This document shows positions 25,152 through 32,000 of a DNA stretch of 32,000 nt, piece by piece (positions within the stretch are counted from its first letter, which is position 1; each line of letters starts with the position of its first letter). The notes beneath the pieces were generated by a model, which worked only from the letters and a program-made list of their open reading frames with translations, did not search any database and was not told where the DNA came from. The DNA lies in NCBI RefSeq assembly GCF_001611555.1, contig NZ_LSGP01000020.1, positions 1 through 32,000 on the forward strand, read 5' to 3'. This DNA comes from Anaerosporomusa subterranea. GTDB lineage: Bacteria; Bacillota; Negativicutes; Sporomusales; Acetonemataceae. A program made the translations under genes and the position numbers.

Positions 25152-26285
25152 TTATTTTACTTCTACCCATCCGGCTGCCATACGCCCGATAGCGATGGCG
25201 GCTGTCAAACCAGGGGATTCTATGCCAACCAGGTTGATAAAGCCTGGCAAGCCTTTGTCAGTTTCATGGCGAATGACGAAATCCTTAACCGGATCGGTCG
25301 GAGCTTGGATCTTCGGACGGATGCCGGCCATATCTGGCGCCACATCGTCACGTCCAACAAAGGGAAGGTAGAGGCTGGCAGCGGTGTAGAACTCATTTCC
25401 GTGATCTGGGTCGACATCGTAATTAATGCCATCAACATAAAACGCGCTGGGGCCAAGACGCGCCCGGCCATCCATGCTCTTGGTGACATGAATACCAAGT
25501 CCTTTTAGCGCTTTTAAGGGTGGCGGATAGACCAGATGATTCAATAGTTTTGATTTGGAGGCGGAAATAGAGAAGTACTCACCTTTAACCCAATAGACCT
25601 TGTAGCCTTCCTTTTCGACATCAATGCCCAGCCAACCAGACACCACATCAGACCATAGTCCGGCGCAATTAATCAGCCAGTCGCAAGCTAGCTGGTCGGT
25701 TTTTCCGTCCGGTCCTCGGTATGTGACGATATATTCCGTCCCAGTGAATTCGACGCCTATGACCTCATGCTTATAGCCGATAAACGCGTTATCGTTGGAC
25801 TGAATCATTGCTTCAAATTTTGCCATTAATTTGTGGCTGTCAATGATGCCAGTAGATGGTGAGTGAATAGCTGCCACGGCTTTGATGTGGGGTTCCATTT
25901 GCATGACTTTGGCTTTGTCAATTAAAACGAGATCATCAACGCCATTGATAGCGCCTTGTTTGGCTATGCCCTCGATGGCTGCGATTTCGCTTTCTTCACG
26001 GGCGATAATAAGCTTGCCGATTCGCTGATGCGGAATCTGATGCTGCTCGCAGAACTCATATAGCAGAGGACGCCCCTCCACACACAGCTTTGCTTTTAAC
26101 GAGCCAGTCGGATAGTACATGCCACCATGGATAACTTCGCTGTTGCGGCTGGAGGTATGCCAGCCAAATTGTTGCTCTTTGTCTAGGACACCAATACAAG
26201 CATCCGGAAACTTGCGGCAAAGTTCAGCGGCAGTCGACAAACCAACTACGCCTGCGCCAATGATAATGACATCAATCTTGTCCAT
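25152..26285 (-). CDS. FAD-dependent oxidoreductase, L-2-hydroxyglutarate oxidase/dehydrogenase-like (DAO family)
   Basis: Dinucleotide fold VIIIGAGVVGLSTA. HTSSRNSEVIHGGMYYPTGSLKAKLCVEG resembles the LhgO N-terminus. The ATG at 26285 lies after AAAGGAGG. The 32-codon extension of the longest ORF is unsupported. Confidence 0.8.
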   Translation of the reverse strand: MDKIDVIIIGAGVVGLSTAAELCRKFPDACIGVLDKEQQFGWHTSSRNSEVIHGGMYYPTGSLKAKLCVEGRPLLYEFCEQHQIPHQRIGKLIIAREESEIAAIEGIAKQGAINGVDDLVLIDKAKVMQMEPHIKAVAAIHSPSTGIIDSHKLMAKFEAMIQSNDNAFIGYKHEVIGVEFTGTEYIVTYRGPDGKTDQLACDWLINCAGLWSDVVSGWLGIDVEKEGYKVYWVKGEYFSISASKSKLLNHLVYPPPLKALKGLGIHVTKSMDGRARLGPSAFYVDGINYDVDPDHGNEFYTAASLYLPFVGRDDVAPDMAGIRPKIQAPTDPVKDFVIRHETDKGLPGFINLVGIESPGLTAAIAIGRMAAGWVEVK

Positions 26286-26337
26286 GAAAAAACCTCCTTT
26301 AGATAGTCTGGTGCAAATTATCCATATATGACTTCTG

Positions 26338-27795
26338 TTACAGCAGTCCGATCCATTGCCACCAAGTGAATGCAGTGACAATCCATAGCCCCCAGATAAT
26401 TAGGCCAAGCAGGATTGAGGCTTTAACCTGCTCGGTAACAGTGTAGTAACCGGTCCCGAACATAATGATGTTACCCATCGTGTTGAACGGCAGGAATAGC
26501 GCATAAGCCATCATGAGCGCAAGAGGCATACAGAAGCTGATGATAGGAAAACCGAGAGCCTGCGCCAGACCGATGTAAATAGGCATCATGACGCCGGTCA
26601 TTGCGGTTGTAGTCGACCAGATTGCATGGCTAAAGATAGAGAATCCAAGCAAGATGATCAGTAACGGCATCATCCCCATAGACTCCAGTCCGAGCGCGGC
26701 CATACCAGTTTTAATTAGCCATTCAAATGATTTCGTTTGCATTAATACGCCACTGAGGGTTAGCACACCACCAAAATACACAAACAATTCCCACGGCAAT
26801 GATTTTTCTGTATCCCGCCATTCGAGCACGCCGATTTTTGGCATAAAGATGAGCAGTGCGACAAAAAAGGCGACCATGCTTGAATCAAATTTGTGAATGG
26901 CGTCTGTGGACCAAAGGATCAGCGCCAAAGCAAAATAGGCAATGGCTTTTTTCTCTGGAAGAGTAATTGGGCCCATTTCCGCCAATTGCTGATCAACATA
27001 GGTAAGACCGCCGGGAAGGCTTTTCACTTCAGGTGGATAAAGTTTGAGGCATAGCCAAAGGGTGGCAGCCAGAATGACAATATTGGTGGGAACAGCTGCT
27101 AAAGCCCAATAGCTCCAGGTGGTAAAGGCAGTCCCGCCTGCCGCCGCTGCGATGAGGCCGATAGCGACCGGATTGGGGATGGTGCCTGTCATGAAAGCGG
27201 AACCGGTGATATTCGAAGTAAAGGTTGCTGATAACGCTAGCGCTTTACCGAAGTTGGATTTACCCGGTTTAGCCTCATATGCTGCCGCTATCCCTTCAAC
27301 AATAGGTAACATGGCCGCCGTCCGCGCCGTATTCGAAGGAGTCAACGGAGCAATCGCAAAGTTGGCCATCATTGATGCGGCGATTGCGCCAGCTGGTGTG
27401 CGGCCGAGACTCTTCATGATCAATAAGGCAATTCTTTTGGCAACTCCAGTTCGGGTCATGGCTATTGAAATAACAAAGCCAGTAATCAAAAGCCACAAAG
27501 AAGATGAGCCAAAGCCGCTGAGTGCAAAGGCAGCGTTGTGAATAAGACTTCCGTCTTTCGCCACCGCGCTGGTCGCGTTACCTACCCAAAAATACAATAA
27601 TACAGTGGTTATAAAGGTGCTGACCGCGAAGTTGACTCCGATGGTAATCCACATGATTATTGCCCCGCCGAATATGGCCAGCAGTTTGTGTTGAACCACC
27701 TTCATGCCGACTGGCGTGGGCAAAGCCCAGATGAGAAAGAAAACCACGACTGATAGAACAAAACCGTACTTTTTGCCCCATTGTTCGAAAGTCAC
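26338..27795 (-). CDS. DASS/SLC13-family anion (di/tricarboxylate-type) symporter
   Basis: 485 aa with about 12 or more helices. Two re-entrant hairpin motifs of the S/T-N-T type (PSNTARTA and FNTMGN), typical of the CitT/SdcS-like DASS fold. GTG start after GGGAGGAGG. Confidence 0.8.
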   Translation of the reverse strand: MTFEQWGKKYGFVLSVVVFFLIWALPTPVGMKVVQHKLLAIFGGAIIMWITIGVNFAVSTFITTVLLYFWVGNATSAVAKDGSLIHNAAFALSGFGSSSLWLLITGFVISIAMTRTGVAKRIALLIMKSLGRTPAGAIAASMMANFAIAPLTPSNTARTAAMLPIVEGIAAAYEAKPGKSNFGKALALSATFTSNITGSAFMTGTIPNPVAIGLIAAAAGGTAFTTWSYWALAAVPTNIVILAATLWLCLKLYPPEVKSLPGGLTYVDQQLAEMGPITLPEKKAIAYFALALILWSTDAIHKFDSSMVAFFVALLIFMPKIGVLEWRDTEKSLPWELFVYFGGVLTLSGVLMQTKSFEWLIKTGMAALGLESMGMMPLLIILLGFSIFSHAIWSTTTAMTGVMMPIYIGLAQALGFPIISFCMPLALMMAYALFLPFNTMGNIIMFGTGYYTVTEQVKASILLGLIIWGLWIVTAFTWWQWIGLL

Positions 27796-27811
27796 AAGAA
27801 TATCCCTCCTC

Positions 27812-27837
27812 CCATATGTTCTATATACAGCATATGG
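27812..27837. promoter_or_regulatory. 26-bp near-perfect palindrome abutting the RBS of the DASS gene
   Basis: CCATATG (27812-27818) / CATATGG (27831-27837) are perfect arms. 11 of 13 half-site positions are symmetric overall. Confidence 0.4.
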
Positions 27838-27928
27838 CAGAAAGGGAAGAATATTAAAGCAATTTCATCCCAACAACAGAAAACTACGTATGAACCGCTC
27901 TCTAGAAGCACGAATGTTCAGACAAATA

Positions 27929-28669
27929 CTATACCGGTAAATATTCTTTTAGTTTAGATGCGTATACTCGCCCGACGGGAATTTCTGACGGCGGATCTTT
28001 CATAATTAGCAGATAGCCGCGATTAAACCAGTTAGCAATTTGCCGGATTTGATTCACATTCACGATATAATTACGGTGACAGCGATAAAAATCTTTTGGG
28101 TCAAGCATTTCTTCCAATTCATGAAGCCTCCGCCGCACCCCAAATGTCTGTCCTTCCACCGTGCGGAGAAAAACCTGCCGGTCGTCCGCCTGAATGAGCT
28201 GAATCCGGCTAACGTCAATGACTTCAAGGCGATCGCCAGCCACGACGCATAATTTGCGAACTGCGGCGTAAGCGCGAGGCGCCTGAGGCTGAGACCTGGC
28301 CTGCCGCCAGAGTCGGACTTTCTTTAAGACACGAGCAATATCATTCTCGTCAAAAGGTTTCAAAATATAATCCACCGCATCGACGCCAAAGGCATCAACG
28401 GCGAAATCGCTATATGCGGTTACGAAAACGATAAGCGGAGGACGTGGTGCGCTTGACAGCTTTTTTGCCAATTCGAGACCACTCATGCCAGGCATGTGAA
28501 TATCAAGAAACACAACATCAACCTGCTTTGCCGCTACTATTCTCGCGGCGTCTTGGGCATTATACGCAATCCCCTGCACTTCAATATCCTGGATAGTTTC
28601 TAAGACGCAGCGCAGTTCATCGCAAATTAAGAGTTCGTCATCAACAATAAGCGCTCTCAGCTTGCTCAA
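27929..28669 (-). CDS. LytR/AlgR-family response regulator (REC + LytTR DNA-binding domain)
   Basis: REC domain: ALIVDDE...DVVFLDIHMPGMSG...KPF. C-terminal LytTR domain: FYRCHRNYIVN. TTG start overlaps the kinase stop (TTGA), 5 nt after AAGGAGGAA. Confidence 0.92.
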   Translation of the reverse strand: MSKLRALIVDDELLICDELRCVLETIQDIEVQGIAYNAQDAARIVAAKQVDVVFLDIHMPGMSGLELAKKLSSAPRPPLIVFVTAYSDFAVDAFGVDAVDYILKPFDENDIARVLKKVRLWRQARSQPQAPRAYAAVRKLCVVAGDRLEVIDVSRIQLIQADDRQVFLRTVEGQTFGVRRRLHELEEMLDPKDFYRCHRNYIVNVNQIRQIANWFNRGYLLIMKDPPSEIPVGRVYASKLKEYLPV

Positions 28670-30309
28670 GCCGATTCCTCCTTCGCCTGCCCATCTGGAA
28701 TCAGGGCGCGAATGCGCGTGCCCTGGCCTTCTTGACTGGTAATGTTTAACCCGTAGTTCGAACCGAACGCCAAACGCAAACGCATATGCACATTGTTCAG
28801 CCCAATGCCAGCGCCAGATGTATGTTTAGTGGAAGAACCATCAAAGCGGGCGATATCAGTCAATCTGTCGGCAGAAATGCCCACTCCATCATCTTCGATT
28901 TCGATGAACAAATGATGATCCTCGCGCAAAATGCGAATAGTAAGAAGACCGCCCTCTATCTTGGGAGATAAGCCGTGTCTTATGGCGTTTTCGACCAGGG
29001 GTTGCAGTGTGAAAACCGGCACTTTACAATTTAACGCCGTATCAGCAAAGAATTCTTCCAGGCGGATTCGTTCGCCAAAACGAGCCTTTTCCAATCGCAC
29101 ATAAGCGTGAACCAACTCCATCTCCTCGCGTAGAGAAACCATCGCTTCGCCATGTTCGAGCGCGCGCCGCAGTAAATCGGATAAGTCCTTAACGCAGGCT
29201 CGGGCAAGTTCTGGACTAATCCGGATAAGGGAGCGGACTGCCCCAAGTGTGTTAAATAGAAAGTGAGGATTGACCTGAGCTTTTAGCATCCGATACTCAA
29301 CTTCCGCTTCATACGGGGTGATCGTCTCGTAGTTTATTTTACAAAGCTTCAATGAACCCGAAAGTTGTCCATCGACTACTATCGGCGCATCGATCATTGC
29401 GGTAATCTGACAACCCGGGTGCGGACAGGCTATATCTCCCGGTTTATTAACAATAACGGTTTGCTGCGTTTGCAGAGCCTGTTGTGTAACCCGGGTGACG
29501 ATAGGAGAGCCGACGACATGATGATCGGCGCCTACCCCAACAAAAGCAATCACCTTTTCGGTATCGGTGATCGCGATTGCGGCGGCTTTGGTCTCTTCCA
29601 GCAGAATGTGGACAACCGCTAAAGCCGTTTTTTCATTGAAGCCCTCACGTAGAAATTCTGTCGTCTGTTGAATCATCCGCATCGCCTGCTGCGCTGACTG
29701 AGCTTGAACCTTCTTCTGCTCCTGAAACACATCATGTATGATATAGACAAATAAGCCAACGGCTAAAGAATTAGCGATAACTGTTGGCACGCCGATAATT
29801 TTTTCTAGCTCCCAAGCTTGTTCAAACGGTTTTGAAAGAGCCAGAACCATGCCTTTTAGGATCAGTTCGCATACAAAGCCGGTGCATAAAGCCGACTTCA
29901 CCTCAAGCCTCCGAAAGCCCAAGAATCGGTATGCCATTCCACTGACCACACCGGCGATGATATTAGCAAGAACCGAAGCCCACATGGTATATCCGCCCAT
30001 AAAATAGCGAGGGATCGCACCGATAATTCCTGCACCAATGCCGACGAGCGGGCCGCCAATTAAGCCGCCGGCAATCGGACCGACAATTCGCGTGTTTGCC
30101 ATCGAGCCCATGACCGGAATGCCCATCCAGTTGCCAACAGCAGAAAAGAGGCCAAAGACCAGCGCCAAGACTAGCTTATCTCGTAAACGAAACTCTAACT
30201 GTGCCAACGCCCTACGAATTGCGGGCAGCCGGGTTGTCAGATAAGCACAAATGCCGATGAGCGCCACATTTCTGCTAATATCAAGGACCAAAGACCAATT
30301 GATGCTCAC
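28666..30309 (-). CDS. LytS/YehU-type sensor histidine kinase (5TM-Lyt, GAF, His_kinase, HATPase)
   Basis: N-terminal 5TMR-LYT helices, a central GAF-like region, LKAQVNPHFLFNTL (PF06580-type H-box), and an ATPase with N and G boxes (ENAIRHG, DDGVGI, GAGIGL). GTG start lies 7 nt after AAAGGAGG. Confidence 0.9.
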   Translation of the reverse strand: MSINWSLVLDISRNVALIGICAYLTTRLPAIRRALAQLEFRLRDKLVLALVFGLFSAVGNWMGIPVMGSMANTRIVGPIAGGLIGGPLVGIGAGIIGAIPRYFMGGYTMWASVLANIIAGVVSGMAYRFLGFRRLEVKSALCTGFVCELILKGMVLALSKPFEQAWELEKIIGVPTVIANSLAVGLFVYIIHDVFQEQKKVQAQSAQQAMRMIQQTTEFLREGFNEKTALAVVHILLEETKAAAIAITDTEKVIAFVGVGADHHVVGSPIVTRVTQQALQTQQTVIVNKPGDIACPHPGCQITAMIDAPIVVDGQLSGSLKLCKINYETITPYEAEVEYRMLKAQVNPHFLFNTLGAVRSLIRISPELARACVKDLSDLLRRALEHGEAMVSLREEMELVHAYVRLEKARFGERIRLEEFFADTALNCKVPVFTLQPLVENAIRHGLSPKIEGGLLTIRILREDHHLFIEIEDDGVGISADRLTDIARFDGSSTKHTSGAGIGLNNVHMRLRLAFGSNYGLNITSQEGQGTRIRALIPDGQAKEESA

Positions 30310-30531
30310 AAGCTAACCTCCTTTGCCGTCAGTTCCTCTGCTATTTTACTTACACATGGACTTAGTTCCATCAAGAGACAAAAAATCCTGCAGACTGGCA
30401 GCAGGAGGCGGAGCACCGATTATTACGGCTATAACTTCCCTTGACACGATACCTGCAGGAATAGACATACATTCATCGAATATTCTGTTTGACAAGCAGT
30501 GTGTGACTAACTGCTGCATTGGGAGGTTTTA

Positions 30532-31404
30532 ATGGAAGACCGAGATTGGTTAATCATCAAAGTGTTGCAGGAGAATAAAAATGTCACGAAAACAGCGCAA
30601 GCATTATTCATCTCTCAGCCCTCACTTACTGCTCGCATACGCCACATAGAAGATGAATTCGGCGTTAAAATGATCTATCGTGGCAGCAGAGGTATTCATT
30701 TCACACCCGAGGGTGATTACCTGGCGCAACGCGCTCAAGATATGCTAACAAATATTCGTCATATAAAAGAACAAGTTGTTAATATGAGCGCCGAGATAAG
30801 AGGAACACTACGATTGGCTGCTCCTAATTATCTAGCTAAGTTTAAGCTGCCCCGGCTGCTCGGACTTTTTAAAGAACGATATCCAAATGTTGAGTTTGAT
30901 GTCATTAATGCCTGGAGTCGTGATATCTGCAGTCTATTATATAACCAAGACGTACAGGTGGGGTTTGTCCGAACAGACAATAGTTGGAACGGTGAAAAGC
31001 ATATTTTACATGAGGAGCCACTATGCATTGCCTCGAAAAAAGAAATTAGTCTTAAAGATCTTCCCCAGCTAGCGCGAATTGATTATCATACCGATACTTC
31101 ATATAAGACATTCCTCAATACCTGGTGGAGTGAGAATTTTTCACGACCACCGAGAATTAGCATGACGGTTGGTCAACTGGATATCTGTAAAGCCATGGTC
31201 GTAAACGGCTTAGGTTATGGAATATTGCCCAGCACGATTTTTTATGATGTTGAGCCTTTACATCAGATTCCGATAACCGATAAAGCAGGTAACCCTATAT
31301 TAAGAAAAACAATAATGCTTTATCAAACGGAAATACTGGAATTGAAGATGGTAAACTTGTTTGTGAACTTTGCTAAAACCGTAGATTTTAATCATTTATT
31401 GTAG
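30532..31404 (+). CDS. LysR-family transcriptional regulator
   Basis: N-terminal wHTH: NVTKTAQALFISQPSLTARIRHIEDEFGVKMIYR. C-terminal LysR substrate-binding fold. RBS GGGAGG. Confidence 0.92.
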   Translation: MEDRDWLIIKVLQENKNVTKTAQALFISQPSLTARIRHIEDEFGVKMIYRGSRGIHFTPEGDYLAQRAQDMLTNIRHIKEQVVNMSAEIRGTLRLAAPNYLAKFKLPRLLGLFKERYPNVEFDVINAWSRDICSLLYNQDVQVGFVRTDNSWNGEKHILHEEPLCIASKKEISLKDLPQLARIDYHTDTSYKTFLNTWWSENFSRPPRISMTVGQLDICKAMVVNGLGYGILPSTIFYDVEPLHQIPITDKAGNPILRKTIMLYQTEILELKMVNLFVNFAKTVDFNHLL

Positions 31405-31426
31405 ACGGCGAATATGCTATTTTTTC

Positions 31427-31464
31427 AAGAAATCCTATAGCCTGCAAGGGTTATAGGATTTCTT
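31427..31464 (+). terminator. 13-bp hairpin after the LysR gene (weak U-tail)
   Basis: AAGAAATCCTATA (31427-31439) / TATAGGATTTCTT (31452-31464) with a 12-nt loop, followed by AATGTT. Confidence 0.45.
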
Positions 31465-31558
31465 AATGTTACGGCAAATCGATGAAATACTTATTTCTGA
31501 TGGTTGATATCAATTTTATATATTTTTTATTTTTCTGAATTAACTGTATTATTGGCAC

Positions 31559-31570
31559 GAAACATGTTTC
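31559..31570. promoter_or_regulatory. perfect 12-bp palindrome upstream of the DctM-like gene
   Basis: GAAACATGTTTC, 48 nt upstream of the ATG at 31618. Confidence 0.35.
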
Positions 31571-31617
31571 ACATATCTCCTTAGTCAAACCGAAATAGAT
31601 GAAATGGAGGCAACAGA

Positions 31618-32000
31618 ATGGGACTAAGTATTTGGTCATTACTAGCGTACATCATTACGATTATTGTTTGGAACGCAGGTCTAAAGCGAAATATCGGCGA
31701 GGCTATGATAGCGGGTTGGGTAGCCGTCCTGCTGTTTGGCGGAAGTAAGTTTTTTGATTTAGCAACTAAAAGTATAATTTTTGCGGCCACACAGGAAACC
31801 GTATATGCGGCGCTCGCCTTTGTATTCATGGCTTTTGTTATGACAAAGACCGGACTGGTAAACCGAATGGTAGATATTCTTAATTCAACTTTAGGCAGGG
31901 TTGCTGGCGGTGCCGGTTATATCTCGACGTTGGCGAGCGCCCTAATGGGGCTGATTTCCGGGTCTGGCTCCGGCAATGCCGCGTCAGTCGGTGCGGTAAC
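31618..32000 (+). CDS. DctM-like (TRAP large-subunit type) permease, 5' part only, truncated by the window end
   Basis: Open frame from the ATG, 7 nt after GGAGG. It is absent from the ORF track because it has no stop. MGLSIWSLLAYIITIIVW...FVFMAFVMTKTGLVNRMVDILNSTLGRVAGGAGYISTLASALMGLISGSGSGNAASVGAV resembles the N-terminal third of DctM-family proteins. Confidence 0.55.
   Translation, partial: MGLSIWSLLAYIITIIVWNAGLKRNIGEAMIAGWVAVLLFGGSKFFDLATKSIIFAATQETVYAALAFVFMAFVMTKTGLVNRMVDILNSTLGRVAGGAGYISTLASALMGLISGSGSGNAASVGAV

Noticed and set aside
1-32000. Whole-window screen for CRISPR arrays, transposase or integrase genes, prophage modules, toxin-antitoxin pairs, restriction-modification genes or other defence genes.
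   Set aside because: I noticed no regularly spaced direct repeats and no terminal inverted repeats flanking genes. None of the translated ORFs has DDE, tyrosine or serine recombinase, nuclease/helicase defence or phage structural signatures. The window appears to be core chromosome rather than an island.

Overview
This window looks like ordinary chromosome from a spore-forming, two-membrane Firmicute (Negativicutes-like). That taxon call is inference, based on AGGAGG-type ribosome-binding sites (RBS), a YtaF-type sporulation membrane protein, and a signal-peptide beta-barrel protein ending in TYTF. All identifications come from reading motifs by eye; no searches or folding programs were run.

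I call about 31 protein genes, arranged in short operons on alternating strands:
- gyrA and mutY, followed by three tandem promoters that read out of the window.
- A ytaF-like gene, a TPR protein, a BadF-type kinase, TerC, DUF1653, a lipoprotein and a small EamA protein.
- A c-di-GMP block: a tandem-HD/HD-GYP gene divergent from a GGDEF plus HD-GYP pair.
- That block runs without a terminator into feoA-feoA-feoB and a porin-like outer-membrane gene, followed by a third HD-GYP gene.
- yjiH-yjiG-iadA.
- A NitT/TauT-type ABC importer and a CDF metal exporter.
- LytS/LytTR upstream of a DASS anion symporter and an L-2-hydroxyglutarate-oxidase-like flavoenzyme.
- A LysR regulator and a DctM-like permease truncated by the window end.

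I saw no rRNA or tRNA genes, CRISPR arrays, transposases, integrases, phage genes or recognisable defence genes. I do not see a clear novel multi-gene system.

The best leads are:
1. A near-consensus Fur box on the promoter of the diguanylate cyclase operon, which continues into feo. This suggests iron-controlled c-di-GMP turnover.
2. A beta-barrel outer-membrane gene appended to feoB.
3. A GC-rich convergent spacer (4806-5050) that folds into several nested long-range helices, a candidate structured RNA.
4. A roughly 800-bp gene-poor divergent spacer (20784-21580) holding a 56-aa very basic ORF with a strong RBS and a perfect 22-bp hairpin.
5. A probable NiCo (czcD-type) riboswitch with a competing terminator ahead of the CDF gene.
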